A stretch of 64,000 nucleotides of DNA from Octopus sinensis (taxonomy: Eukaryota): assembly GCF_006345805.1 (NCBI RefSeq), contig NC_043006.1:30938001-31002000 (forward strand). The letters run 5' to 3'. Positions within the stretch are counted from its first letter, which is position 1, and every line of letters starts with the position of its first letter. Under the pieces are notes generated by a model that did no database searches, was not told the origin of the DNA, and was given only the letters and a program-made list of their open reading frames with translations. Positions 13,537-27,453 of the stretch are shown piece after piece. Position numbers and translations under genes: made by a program.

Positions 13537-13755
13537 GGGCGGCGAGATGGCAGAATTGTTAGCAAGCCAGGCGAAATGCTTAGCTGTATTTCATCTGTCT
13601 TCACGTTCTGAATTCAAATTCCACCGAGGTTGACTTTGCCTTTCATCCTTTCGAGGTCGATAAATTAAGTACCAGTTGCATACTGGAGTTGACCTTATCA
13701 ACTGGCCCCTCCCCCAAATTTTCGGGCCTTGTGCCTAGAGTAGAAAAGATTATAT
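13537..13755 (+). mobile_element. tRNA-derived SINE family B
   Basis: ggcggcgagatggcagaattgttagca...gaattcaaattccaccgaggttgactttgcctttcatcctttcgaggtcgataaattaagtaccag. Other copies at about 11620-11815(-), 16711-16915(+), 29340-29550(-), 34745-34950(-), 40650-40850(-), 44352-44553(+), 53551-53730(+) and 55777-55975(+). Confidence 0.85.
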
Positions 13756-14411
13756 TTTCAAAGTTACCTCATACTCCTGGCATCTGGTTCCAGCTCTCAC
13801 TCAATATCACCTGTTACCTGCCTACACACACACATTTTCTCTCACCATGAGAATTTCAGGCGAGGGTCTGCCTGTGGGATATATTGGAGTTAACGACATG
13901 CTCTACATGTGGCCAACTCCTCTTCATTTATGATTTATGATTTCATCTGTTACATTGCCCAGCTTTGTTCTCAGTGAGATAACATAAATAAACTGTTGGC
14001 ATAAAATATTGAACTGCAATGACATTCCATCAAATAGCTTTAGTTTTTCTTTCTGGTTACGTTTTGTTGTTTATCTTGCTGTGATATTAGTCACATCAAC
14101 TCTCTTTACTTTTTAGGCTACCTTCCCCAATCTCTCAATAATCATCGTCTCTCTTGTGGGTGGGTGGGTGAGTGAGTGAATGGGTGGGGCATGAGTGAGG
14201 GAGTATGTGCGCACAAAGGTGCAAAACAAGGTAAAGAAAATAGTACTCAAATACCAAAGGTAGAGTGAAATATTATTCTATTGAGGTGAAAAGGCTCCGG
14301 TGCTGGTGCCATGTAGAAAGCACTGGTGCCACGTGAAAAGCACCCTTTGTACACTGTAAAGTTGTCGATGATGTAAGGAAGGGTATCCAGATGTAGAAAC
14401 CATGTCAAAAC

Positions 14412-14640
14412 AGCGAGCTGGCAGAAACATTAGCACGCCGGGCAAAATGCTTAGCGGTATTTCGTCTGCCGTTATGTTCTGAGTTCAAATTCTGCCGAGG
14501 TCGACTTTGCCTTTCATCCTTTCGGGGTCGATAAATTAAGTACCAGTTACACACTGGAGTCGATATAATCCACTTAATCTGTTTCTCTGTCCTTGTTTGT
14601 CCCATCTGTGTGTAGCCCTTTATGGGCAATAAAGAAATAA
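14412..14640 (+). mobile_element. Family B SINE nested in an RTE tail, with degenerate TSD
   Basis: Flanked by agaaaccatgtcaaaacag (14395-14413) and agaaaccatcttaaaacag (14640-14658); the RTE tail resumes after the insertion. Confidence 0.8.
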
Positions 14641-15156
14641 GAAACCATCTTAAAACAGATACTGGAACCTAGTGCAGCTCTCCAGCCTTGCTAGCTCCTG
14701 TCAAACTGTCCAACCCATGCCAGCATGGAAAACGGATATTGATGATGATAATGATGATGTGGTTAAAAATAACTTCACAAACTGAGTTTCTTGCGACCAT
14801 TTGTCCAACAATTGTGAATTTATAAGTATTCCTGATTATCAAATCATCAAAACATTTTTAACCCTTTTGATGCCAACCCACCCGAGACCACCCCTCCTGG
14901 TTCTATGATACAAACTTTCTTTTTTAAAGGGATCTGAATTAAAACAGTCCATCAAAATTCTGTTAAATTATGTTCCAAATATTAATAGTGAGTTATTTCA
15001 CTAAATTCTTCATTTGTTGCAAAATTAACTGAACCAAAGTCAGCATATTTGAAGAGATCTTTGGTAAGAGAAGGGCAAAAGGTGATGGGGCTGGACAATC
15101 AGCTTCAAAAGTTTATTTGATGAATTTGTAACCATGAAGACTTTAAATTCACAATG

Positions 15157-15532
15157 GAGTAAAGATTATTTGCCAACATAACATGACAGTCCTGGTTTAG
15201 GATGAATGTTGCTGTAATTTAGCCCCAGGAGACATTGTCTCCAGCTGGCTGTACGACATGATCTGTGTCCTTATATTTTTGAACAAGGGAATCTAACAAT
15301 ATTGGTACACAGATATTGTTTTGAACTGAGTGGGGGTGCTAGATTCCCTTGTTCGAAAATATAAGAACACAGATTGTGTCATATAGCCAGCTGGAGACGA
15401 TGTGTCTTGGGGCTAAATTACAGCAATCTTCATCCTAAGCCAGGACTGCCATGTTATGTTGGCAAACATTCTTTTCTTCAAACTACTGTTGCTGAATATC
15501 GTTGTGAGATTTAAAAATAGTAATTGTCACTC
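15157..15532. mobile_element. Fold-back derivative of a MITE with inverted arms of about 135 bp
   Basis: 15157-15295 is the near-reverse-complement of 15340-15476. Same family as 27454-27755. Confidence 0.85.
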
Positions 15533-15609
15533 AAATGGTTATGTGAAGCTCTGAGGAACAGTTTATAAAGATTTTTTAACAGCCTCAATAGAATGATGTG
15601 TGTGTGTGT

Positions 15610-15842
15610 GTGTATCATGTGATTATGTAACTGACCAAGCTATCAGGTGTTGTTACACATTACTGTCACAATGCACTTTGCATTGTTTTAGCCTTCAAAT
15701 GATGCCACCCTGTTGGAAAGGCGAGCAAGCCAACATTCACCCCCTTATCGAAAGGGGGTACTGGAGCAACCTGAAGTGTTTTGCTCAAGAACACAACACA
15801 CTGCCTGATCCTCAGTGCAACCACTTGGCCGTGTCCCTTCAC
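15610..15842 (-). mobile_element. tRNA-derived SINE, degenerate
   Basis: The minus strand reads gtgaagggacacggccaagtggtt...ttgtgttcttgagcaaaacactt...gttgctccagt, sharing its head and core with 24986-25300. Confidence 0.55.
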
Positions 15843-17453
15843 ACACACACACACACACCATCATCATCATCATCATCAGTTAATGTCTGTTTTCCATGCT
15901 GGTATGAGTCAGATGGTCTGACAGGAGTTGGCAAGCCAGAGAGCTGCACCAGGCTCCAATTGTCTGTTTTGCCATGGTTTCTCTGACTGGACGTCCTTCT
16001 TAATGCCGACCACTTTGCAGTGTGTAGAAAGGGTGCTTTCTACATGACCCCAGCATGGGTTTTGTGACTTGTGTGGATCTGTGGTTTGAGTAAGATTCAC
16101 TTTAGTAGCAGCTGGGTAAATCTAAGACATTATTTACCGTGTCTTGAAGTATCTAGAAGCCATCAGCTGACAGAGGCAGTGTGGAATTTTCTTGTAGGAG
16201 AAAAATTAACAAATTGTGATTTGTATGTTTCCTTGTGGATTTGTAGAAGAATTATTTTCCATCTCACTTCATCTCTTTCTTCCTTTTGTCCTTTGCTTGA
16301 TTCCATCTGTCTTTCAATCAATCAATCGATTGCACTTGTCACATATAATCAGATTCTTTGTATTCCTGTCATGTCTTGTATCACTACTACTACAGGTTGT
16401 TATGCTGTCTGGCTCTCTCTCTCTCACTCTCTTCTAGATTAGCATCTTTCAGGTTAATATTTAAGTTGAAACCTGTCCTGTTTGCTGTTTGTTCAACCAA
16501 TAACATACTGTGTCTGACTTGTATATTAATGATATAGTTAACGAGTTAGAATGCTTTAGGGAATGAAACGACAGAAATCTAGGCAAGAACAGGTGTAAAA
16601 GTTTATGGAAACAAATGGACTGTTGTGTTGCATGTGAAGGACATTTAGTTTTCTTTTAACCTGGACACAGTAACTTCTTGCTAAGTTCTTCTCTTACTTT
16701 ATTATATTTTGGCAAGCTGGTGGAATTGTTAGCACGCTGGACAAAATGCTTAGTGGCATTTCGTCTGTCCTTATGTTCTGAGTTCAAATTCTGCTGAGGT
16801 TGACTTTACCTTTTATCCTTTTGGGGTCAATAAAATAAGTACCGGTTGCATACAAGGGTCAACGTAATCAATTTCTCCTGAACATGTTGACCTTATGCTC
16901 AAATTTGAACCCAATTTCTTGTATTTCATTAATTTTATTGTGTGTCTATGCGTGACACCTTCATGCGTGTTTGTTTGTTACTAATGTATCCAGGATGAAA
17001 GAGATAAATCACCCCCTGTGTGCACAAACTTTTGTTTAAACCCATCTCTTACCGTTATCTTTAGAATAATACAAAAAATAAACAACAACAGAATACTATG
17101 AAGGATTTCTTTTTTATTCTTTCAAATCTAATATTTATTTATTTGCATCATGCCATAGTTTCGAAACTTAGATGATGTAATTGCATATTATTTTTAGAAT
17201 TACATTGTAGGATGGGTGTGATAGGCTGGATCTGACTGGTTTGAACATAAAACATGTAGAATATTTAGGCCTGATGTGGTCAGTTTATATGCTAAAAGGA
17301 TAAGCACACGTCACTGCTGTCTAAAAGCATTTGGTTGAATGCTTAAGGGTTAAAATACTATTATTTGTAGGCAGAGAAGAACAACTGCTGAGATACCAGG
17401 TTTTAAAATACTTTGGCTTTCCATATATCATTGCCATTATCTCTCCCACAACT

Positions 17454-17486
<33 letters not shown>

Positions 17487-18516
17487 GTTGTTGCTGCCAT
17501 TTTTTTTGTCCATTTTCTTCAAAGTTGCTGTTAGCTTTCATGTCATAACTTTGGTAATTTTTTTGTAAAGGTTTCCCTGGTTCAGTTAACTTTTTCCTTA
17601 TTTCTTTTTGCTTTTCTTTGCTTTATAAAATATTCTTGAAAACTAAAGAAATTGTGATCAAAATTTAGTTGTTTTGGCAGATAACCAGACAGACTGTCTG
17701 TGAGAGCTGAGGAACATGCTTCCAATGATTTTCCAAGAATATAAATAAACATGTTGGGTCCTCCCTCTTTTTTTTTCCCCCCTTTTTTATAGCACTTTGA
17801 TAACTGGCCAATTGAACTGATTTTTGTACTTAAAATGTAGCTGCAATCTTTTCTGTAAATAAACAGTAATGCTGATGATAATGGTCTTGTTGTTGTTCTT
17901 GGTTTTGGTGCTGTTGTTGTTGTTGGTGGTAGTGTTTAACCTTTGCAGAAGACCAAACTTTCTTTTCATTTAAGGAAGCAGCTTAGTTGATTGATTCGAC
18001 TTCCATGTCTGGCGCTGCTTATTTTATTGACTTCTGACAAATGAAACAGGAAAAGTCAACTCTGAAAGAATTTCAACACAAAATCCATATGAATGAAATG
18101 GAATCTTGCTGTATTATTATTATCATTATCATCATCATTATTATTAATATTATTATTCATTGTCGTTTAACATCCGCTTTCCGTGCTGGCATGGGTTGGA
18201 CGGTTTGACAGAGGACTGGTGAGCCAGAAGGCTGTACCAGGCTCCAATCTGATCTGGCAGAGTTTCTACAGCTGAATGCTCTTCCTAACGTCAACCACTC
18301 CAAGAGTGTAGTGGGTGCTTTTATGTGCCACTGGCACAAGCGCCAATCAGGCGGTACTGGCAACAGCCATGCTCAAAAGGTGTTTATTACGTGCTACGTG
18401 CATGAGAGCCAGTCCAGTGGCACTGGCAACGACCATGCTCGAATGTTGTTTTTCACGTGCCATTGTCATATGTGCCACTAAGGCGACACTGGTAACGATC
18501 ACACTTGAATCGTGTG

Positions 18517-18563
<47 letters not shown>

Positions 18564-19726
18564 TCAGGGCTCTTGCCCTTACTTGCTCTGGTTGATTCTG
18601 TGAGAGCAGACAGAAGGAATTGAACTCAGGATGGGGAGGAGTGACATAATGGAATATATGAAGAAATTTTACTGTGTAAACTCTGATGACTCTGCCAATC
18701 CATATGAACAACAACAACAACAACAACAATAAAATGGTTTCAAATTTTGGACACAAGGCCCACAATAAGTGTAGTGGGTGCTTTTTACATGCCACTGGCA
18801 CAGGTGCCAGGCAAGGCTGGCAACGGCCACGATTGGATGGTGCTTTTTACGTGCCACCAGCACGAGGCCAGTCGGGGTGGCGCTAATAATAATAATAATA
18901 ATAATAACGATGATGGCATGATTAGATTGAGCTCTTTTGCTCAATGTGTTTTGCTTAGCTTTGTGTTTTTGAAGAAATTGAGAAATAAACCAAGAGTTTG
19001 TGTTGAATTATGTTTCTGATGACTTTCTATTATTTACAGTATTTAACACGTGGCACGTGGAACATGTTTAATGGCATCTACAAAAAAGAATTTATTAAGT
19101 TACAAAGAAGCTTTTATTGCTGTGTTCTCTTCTGTTGCTGGTTATTATTTAAATGAATGAATGTGAATGATTTAATGTTGCAATTAAGAACAAGTGATCT
19201 TAGATGGTTTTATGGTAGGAAAATTTGTTATTCTGTCAGTTTGAGAGTAAGTCAAAATTAGTACCTGCGATATAATGAGATTGGCCCAGGGATCAAATAT
19301 AATCTCTCCCCTTGAAAGTATAATCTTGAAAAGCTAAAGACAATTAGTCAATAAACTACAGTTTGTAATGTCTACACACTGGATGCCAACTTTTATTTTT
19401 TTTTTATTCTTTTACTTTACTGTGGTTAATGTTTTGTTTCTCTCTTGCATGAGCCCCTCCCCTCTAATGATGGTTATTCTTTCTTACATTTAGTGATCTC
19501 ATAGAATCGAATGCATGTACAATGTGAGACCAAATTTATAGTATTCTATATAAATTTACAAAGCACAGGAGTGGCTGTGTGGTAAGAAGTCTACTTCCCA
19601 ACCACATGGTTCTAGGTTCAGTCCCACTGTGTAGCACCTTGGGCAGGTGTCTTCTACTATAGCCTTGGGCTGTCCAAAGCCTTCTGAATGGATTTTGTTT
19701 ATAGAAACTGAAGGAAGTCCATCATG

Positions 19727-19758
<32 letters not shown>

Positions 19759-20482
19759 TGTATGTGTGTGTTTATCCTCCACCACTGTTGACAACTGCTG
19801 TTGGCATGTTTATGTCCCCATAACTTAGTGGTTCAGTTACAGAGATCAATAAAATAAGTACCAGGCTTAAAAAAAAGTACTGGGGTCGATATGTTTGTCT
19901 CAAAATTCTTCAAGATTGTGTCCCAGCATGGCTGTGGTCTAATGACTGAAACAATTAAAAAAAAAATGCAAATGTATTAATTAGTTGATTTGGCTTAATT
20001 ACTTTCTCATTGTGCTTCTCTTTTTGCTGCTTGCCTGCATCTGTTCTTTAATATACAAGTGATTTTGTAATAATCAAATCTCCATGTTAGAAATGACATA
20101 GAAAGAAGCTTCATCTCCCCGAACGATTTAAGAATTTGTTTTTCCCCTTTCTTTCTTATTTATTCAACCCTACCTCAACTAAAGCTGGTGGCTATAGAGA
20201 TAGGCTGAGTCACCTGTGTTAGTATTACATGTTTTAACACATAACAGGGGTTGTGTGTTCAAAACTGTTGCAGTTAAGGATGTAATGTCTAAGAATGAGT
20301 TCAGAGAAAATAAACAAATGCCATGTTAGCTTCAGATATAATGCAAAAGAGAAATTCTCTTTATCGTCAGATGAAAAGAAAAACCCACCTTCAGCGTATA
20401 GGGGAAATGGTTCACTTGGTAGAGAGCCAGACCAGAGTGTTTTCAGGTGGCTACTTAAAAGAATTATTATTATTATTATCAT

Positions 20483-20844
20483 TGCCTTTGCATAGCTTCT
20501 AATGCTGGAGATGTACTACAGTATTAGCTGTTCACTACCAGTGAATTAAGGCAACACCTCTTATTTTTCAAGCACCTTCCGGAGTATTCGAATGGTTCCA
20601 AGTAGTGCTGTTTTCTGCAAGTGCTCCACCCTTATTGCAGCCCCTATATGTTCCATGTACTTCTCGAGATTTTTGCTCACTGTTCCCAGGGCTCCGACAG
20701 TTATTGGTACTACTGCTACCTTTTCATTGACCACAACTGCTTAACTTCCCAAGCTCACCTGTCATATCTCTCGACTTTTCTTTCTTCCTTATCGCATACC
20801 ACGTCAGCTGGGCATGCTATATCTATTTCTTTCTCGATTCTGGC
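20483..20844 (-). mobile_element. 5'-truncated R4/Dong-type non-LTR retrotransposon (restriction-like endonuclease C-terminus) in a (TAA)n microsatellite
   Basis: The minus strand translates IDIACPAD.VCDKEERKVERYDR*AWEVKQLWSMK/VAVVPITVGALGTVSKNLEKYMEHIGAAIRVEHLQKTALLGTIRILRKVLEK* (stop at 20561-20563), followed by a short 3' UTR. ATT repeats lie on both sides. Confidence 0.88.
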
Positions 20845-20929
20845 TATTATTATTATCATCATCATCATTATTATTATTATTATTATTATTATTGGTTAAT
20901 TTGTGAAAGCAACACACCTATTCTGCACA

Positions 20930-22266
20930 TCATCAACAGCATACGTCCATTGTCCATGCTGGCATGGTTTGGTTGATTTGACCAGAGCTGGCAAGACAGA
21001 GAGCTGCACCAGACTCTGGTCTGATTTGGCATGGTTTCTATGGCTGGATACCCTTCCAATACCAACCACTTTATAGAGTGTGCTGGGTGCTTTTATGTGA
21101 TGCCACAAGGGCACTTTTATGTGCGGGCACTTTCATGTGGCACTATGCTGGTGCTTTTATGTGGCACCTTGTGGATGCTTTTATGTGTCCTTGCATGAGC
21201 ATTTTTACTTATCACTGCCACGAGTGCTTTTTACATGGCACCAGCCTAGGACTCTTGCAGGTTAATCATCACCCCCAGGGGGACCAGTTTTAATATTTCT
21301 GCAATGGAGTACAAGGTCTTCTTGAGTACAGCAAGGTGCCAGGTGTCTCGGTCCTTTGTCATCTCACCTAAAAGGTTCATTGTCCTTAGGTCATTCTTCA
21401 GTATTTTGTCCTATGTCTTCCTGGGTCTTACACTTCCACATGTTCTACCCACTTTGAGAGATTGGCATTTTTTTATGGAGCTGTCAGCATCCATCTGCTT
21501 CACATGACCAAACCAGTGCAGTCTTCTCTCTTGCACACAGCAACTAATTCCTCTGATGCCTGACTTCTCTCTCAAGGTATTAGCACTGTGTCGAACATGT
21601 ACACTTACATTACACATCCAGTGGAGCATTCTAGCCTTGTTCCTTTCTAACCTTTACATGTCCTCTGAATTCTTGGCTCACGTTTCACTACCATGTAGAA
21701 TTACTGTCCGTATACATGCATCTTACAATCTTCCTTTCACTCGGAGAAATCTTTCACAGCTAACAGCAGGCGACAACTCTCTGAATTTCCTCCATCCTAT
21801 TCTTATTCTAAGGAAGATGCATGAAGAGTGTGATACACATTCTCCATGCATCCTACCCCATGACTAATATGGTCCACTAGGTAGCAGAAATTCTCTACTA
21901 CATCTAATGAGCCACCGAGGCATTTTAGAGAATCAATTTCCTGAGTCTCTAGTTTTTATGGCACCTGTGCACCTTCCATATATGAACACTACTTTCTCTG
22001 ATAACCTTCCTGTTATTCCACTGCACCGCTTGTATGTCCATAGCTTACAGTGGGAAACACTGTATCGCGTTCCTGCCTACACCTTACCTACAAATTGGGT
22101 AGAGCCACCTACCTGAAAGGGGTAGGGTCCTGTCTGTTTTCTTGATTACTAGGGGCTTAGTCTTTGCTGAGTTAACTTCGAGATCCTTAAATTCCATATT
22201 TTGCTTCTACACCTGGAATTTCTCTTCTAGCTCTGATATGGAATCTGCTATGAGCACAAGATCATA
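20930..22266 (-). mobile_element. 5'-truncated RTE LINE (end of RT domain to 3' tail), decayed
   Basis: The minus strand gives DLVLIADSISELEEKFQV*KQNMEFKDLEVNSAKTK, a Cys-rich insert (PICR*GVGRNAIQC..CKLWTYKRCSGITGRL), then HWMCNVSV...LREKSGIRGISCCVQERRLHWFGHVKQMD...GSVRPRKT, followed by the RTE 3' UTR. Confidence 0.88.
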
Positions 22267-22936
22267 ACAGTTTTTTGTGTAAAGTGTCTACAAGACCGTA
22301 TTAAGCATGAGAAGATTCTGCAGATTCTTGTAGTCCAGTTGTTAATCTAATATTCTCAATCTGTTGACTTTGAACTCAAAGCAATCGTTACAACAACGCA
22401 AGATTAAATACATTCAAATACAAAAAAATTGTGTATTTTTTGTTGAAATTCAAACCAGCTGGACACTGTCTTGTACATCTGACCATATTATTGAAGCAAA
22501 TATAGCTTTTACTCCTTAAATACTTAAGAAAATCAAAACCTTCTATCATACTGGTTGCTACTTGGTTGCCACTTGGTTGCAATTAAGAGTTTACTTCAGT
22601 GATGTGTAAATTGTTTTCCTCCTCTTATATTGTCTGGTCACTTCTACTCTGCCATGTTTATAGTTTGTCAACCTGAAGTCTAAAGGCATACATTTATTTT
22701 GGTTTTGTCTGGTTTATTTTGTGTGTGTTGCTGTTGTTTGTCTGGAGCTGCTGACCATGATCTGCTTGACTGCAGCATCTCTACTGTTGCAATTCAAAGC
22801 AAATGAAATGTTTGACCAGTCTTTCTTATCATGGCTAACTTATTTCAACTGAGAGGCAGTGGCTTAAAATATCTGCTCTTTACTTGAACCGTTGTTGGGA
22901 GTTTTGTTTGGTGAAGGAGATTTAGTTGTTATACAT

Positions 22937-23166
22937 TAGTGGTTCTTAACCATTTTCCCCTTATGAACTCCTTTGATTCCCAGTTTACTTGAATTAAACC
23001 TCACGGCCATTCAATATTTTAAAATCCTATTATTTTTATTACTAAATATTGTTAAAAATTGTATAAAATTTGTTAAAATATTTTGTGTAATGCAGAAGAG
23101 TAAGCAATGTATTGCAAATAAATTTTAACAACAAAATCCTTTATGGACCCTGGTTGAGAACCTCTG
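22937..23166 (+). mobile_element. hAT/Charlie-like MITE
   Basis: TIRs tagtggttcttaacc and ggttgagaacctctg, AT-rich interior, second copy at 12916-13513. No TSD recognisable. Confidence 0.65.
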
Positions 23167-23802
23167 GTCTATGTATTAAGCAGGTTTTATAGAGGTTTCC
23201 TTATAAGTTTGTGTGTGTGGCGGGTGGGTTATTCTATATATGGAAGTAATTTTTTAGCTTTTGGTTGCGGGTCAACAGAGAAGAGTTTGAATAAAAATGG
23301 GTCCTCTAAGTGTGTAGTTGGCCTGTATAGACTTGAAAGGGTTAAAATCTATCCTATCTACAGCAGAAGACTTTAAGTTTTAACCTGTGTGTATTTTATG
23401 TTGGAGACTGAACTCTCTGTCCACTTGGTGACTTTGTATTGGGAGGTTGGAGTCTGTAGAGAGAGAGAGAGAGAGAGAGAGTTAGAAAGGTTTGGGTTGT
23501 CCGTAAATTGAATCACGTTCGCTGGCATTCTTGTACATGCCCAGGTCAGAAATGTATTTGTTTCCCATTGCAGTGGAATCGGTGATTAACATTTCAATTA
23601 ACCTCTTCTGACTTTAGTCGAACAACTACAAACATTTACCATCTTGATGGCAGCCATTCACCCAACTTGCTGACTACCTGTGACATAAACGAAAAGAATT
23701 TATATTACAACTCTCTCCCTTTCTCTTTTTCTTTACTACTGTAACTTTGTCTGTCTGTCTGTCTCCTCTGCATTTTTACATTTACCTATTTATCTATCTG
23801 CC

Positions 23803-23842
<40 letters not shown>

Positions 23843-24881
23843 GGCAAAGCATATTTATATACACACTGCATACACCTATATTTAGACACACTATACATAC
23901 ACCTATATGCACACACATATACATTCTTACGAGCATGTATATATGCACACATAAACCCACGCCTTTATAAAATGCACACACACACACATGTATACGAATA
24001 CACACTTGACACTCAATGTAAACAAACACACACACACACATTTACAAAAACATACTCTCCACTCATGTACACACTCACAGAGACAACACCTGCACACACA
24101 CACACACAAACACACTAGAGTGTGTGAAAGCAGAAGACATACAATCACACACTGTGAGTCAATGAAGAATGTTGTTCCTTTTATTTTCTTTCTTCTCACA
24201 GACACACACACCACACACACACACACGTGCCTCCACATGTGGAAAGAAGGCTGGATCCCAAAAGTAAAGCAGCATCACAACATTTTTGTAGCTGAAATCA
24301 CAACATTCGGGGATCATGTGTGTGTGTGTGTGTGAATGTAGTAGTAGTGGTAGCAGCAGCAGTAGTGGGAGTGAGGGCATATGCTGTAATAGTTCATCCC
24401 TGCATCTGCCATTTGTTGGTGATTCCCTAGCCTTGGTGAATGACACCTTTGCACCACTGAGGTGACAACCCTCCAATCTATGGGTCTGTTTGGGTAGTCG
24501 TTGCTGATGAGGGTTTTACGAGGTCAGAGTGCAACTCCTACTTCGACCACTTTTAGTTACCTTTTATGACATGTAGAAGGAACATTGGGTCTATTCTTTG
24601 ACATGCCGGTTCCCACATGGCACAGGGGTTGACTAAAATTCTCTAGGGTGGTGCTCCAGTATGGCCACAGTCCTATAGCTGATACAGGTAAAAGAATGTG
24701 TACGTTAACATGTGTATATTGTGTTTGTGTATCTGGAAAGTAGAGCTTGGTGTCACTTGCTAATGAGTATGAATGAGGTGGGAGCATGATTCTTTTACTT
24801 GTTGTTTTAAGATCCTTATATAGTGGTGATCAGATCTAGGGAGGCTCCCTGTCAGCCCTTGACCCAGTACAGTGTGACAGC

Positions 24882-24922
<41 letters not shown>

Positions 24923-24985
24923 GGGGGGGGGACTGCTGCTGCTTCAATTCAATCCATTTAGATCCTTTCCCTAAAGAGTTGTAAT

Positions 24986-25300
24986 GTGAAGGCACTTATC
25001 TAAGTGGTTAGGGTGTTTGGCTCATGATCATAGAATCATGAGTTCAATTCCCAGTGGTGAGTTGTGTCCTTGAGCAAGACACTTTATTTCACATTGCTCC
25101 AGTCCACTCAGCTGGCAAAAACGAGTAGTACCAGTAATTCAAAGGGTCAGCCTTGTCACATTCTGTGTCACACTGAATTTCCCTAAGAACTATGTTAAGG
25201 GTACATGTCTGTGGCATACTCAGCCACTTGCATGTTAATTTCATGAGCTGGCTGTTTGAAGCAACTGGAACGCCCATCATCATAACCAACAGAGTGCCAA
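24986..25300 (+). mobile_element. tRNA-derived SINE family C
   Basis: A box ctaagtggttaggg, B box gagttcaattcc, core ccttgagcaagacacttt..ttcacattgctccagtccactcagctggcaa. Reverse-orientation copy at about 44895-45175. Confidence 0.75.
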
Positions 25301-26735
25301 GAGGAGGAGAGTTGTGTTGCAGACTTGCTCAAATAGACATCTGGCACGATGCTAAGCACAATCTGTCAGAGGACTGGGTGGCAAAGTGGGGCTGTTACAC
25401 CTATTTTGCTGTCCTCTCACTTTATAATACAGAAATAAGATCAAAAGCTTTGATTTAATTAAGGATTAGCAAATCGTATCAATTCCTTCAAATTCCTCTG
25501 CAGCAAATTCAATGAGATTATTATTACCATCCACTTTCTAAATGGACACAACCTGTTTTCAAATGTAAATCTTAAGATGGTTATATATTTGACTCTGTGT
25601 ATGGCCATGTCTATCTCAAACAGTCATTGATTTCTTTGACCAAATCAATATTTCAAAGATTTAACTAATCTTAACAGAAATATTTAAAACCTTCCTTTTT
25701 TTTTTCTTATCTTGTTTCAGTCATTAGATTGTAGTCATGCTGGAGCACACCTTGATGAATCTTAGAGAAATGAATTGACCCCAGAATTTATTTATTTTTT
25801 TAAAAACTGGTTACTTGTTCTATCAGTCTCTAATGCTGAACCACTAAGTTATGGGAATGTAAACACACCAACACCAGTTGTGAAGCAGGAGGGGGTGGTC
25901 AAACACATACGCACGCACGTGCGTGATGAGTATCTTTCAGTTTCTGTCTACTGAATCCACTCAGAAGGCTTTGGTTGGCCTGAGGCCATACAGTAGAAGA
26001 CACTTACCCAAGGTGCCATGCAGTGGGACTGAAACTGGAACCACATGGCTAAGAGGCAAACTTCTTACCATACAGCCACACATTGCACCTACAAATATAA
26101 ATATTATATAAATATTATTCGTCTAACTGTAACAATGCATCAACAATTGCCTTGTATCTTCCTCTCCCCCCCTTCTCTGTACATTCTAAATTCTGATGAT
26201 AGCTGTGTGAAGATAAACTAAAATAATGATGTCCGTTCATGTGATTAAATTCCCTCAGGCCATGTGACTCGATTTCTTGGAATTGTCTGCACGAGTCACT
26301 TAATTATTTCTAATTTCATGCTCAGTCACTGACCAAGATAATTTGGAGAAGTGGGTCATTCTTACATTGGCCTTTCTTTGGTAGCATCTGTTTAAATGCA
26401 GAATTGCAAATACATATAACTGAAGAATCCTGTCCCCGACAACCGCCACCACCACCACCACCACACCACCGCAGTATGTGTGTTGAACGTTTTGCTGCTA
26501 ATACAAAGAATTGATTTGCAATAAGCTTCATGAAGAACCTAATTTGACTGTCACCAGAATTAATCTGTTGATGGAGATAAAAGTTAATTTGTCACCTGCT
26601 CTATCTGGCAGCAATGTGTGCACGCATGCACGCACACACACACACATAGCAAGACAAATAAAGAAACAAATGGTTACTTGCTAATGGAATTGATTTTAAT
26701 ATTGACTTGTTTTTATATCTTTGTCTTCTTTTTTC

Positions 26736-26772
<37 letters not shown>

Positions 26773-27453
26773 GTTATCATTATTATTGTGCTGGCAATGC
26801 TCAGGTTCCAACTGGTCTGCAAATCAATAATATCATGCCGTTTCTGACAATACAAGCAAAAATTAACATTTGTCTGTTTTGTTGTTGTGGTTGTTATTGT
26901 ATGTGTGGTTGGGCGGGTGCGCGGGAGAGTGTCTGTTGCTGTCCTTCAGTTCCAAACTCAAGTGTTGTACATAGAAGCTACTAAATCTCACCATTGTGAC
27001 ATCATTGCTGCTGCAGCTGCCACCACCACCATGGCCAATACCACTGTTATCATCACAGGATACCACCACTATTTCCATTTAAATCTCTGTTCCACCAGCC
27101 AAGTCCTCTCTCTCTCTCTCTTTCTCTGCCACTATCACAGATCTCTGGTTATTTAAACAGCAAGATAAGGTAGTCTTGTCTTGTCTTGTTCTTCTGCCCT
27201 TCAACCTTAACGAGGGCAACAGAACAAGACAAGACAGGACTGAATAATAAGCAACAAAATACCTGGAGAAGTGACTCAAGTTCACTGGTGCAGGCGTGGC
27301 GTGTGCTAAGAAGTTTGCTTCCCAGTCATGTGGTTCTGGGTTCAGGCCCACTGTGTGGCACCTTGGTCAGGAGTCTTTTACTATAGCCTGTCATGTGTGT
27401 GTGTCTTTGTGTCTGTCATCCCACCCCAATGCTTGCTAACCAGTGTTAGGGTG

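Noticed and set aside
14858-15080. piggyBac-like MITE (ttaaccctttt ... gaagggcaaaa)
   Set aside because: The right end and TTAA duplication are too degenerate to support a call.
27446-27453. TTAGGG telomeric motif
   Set aside because: Single units forming the TSD of a MITE, not a telomeric array.
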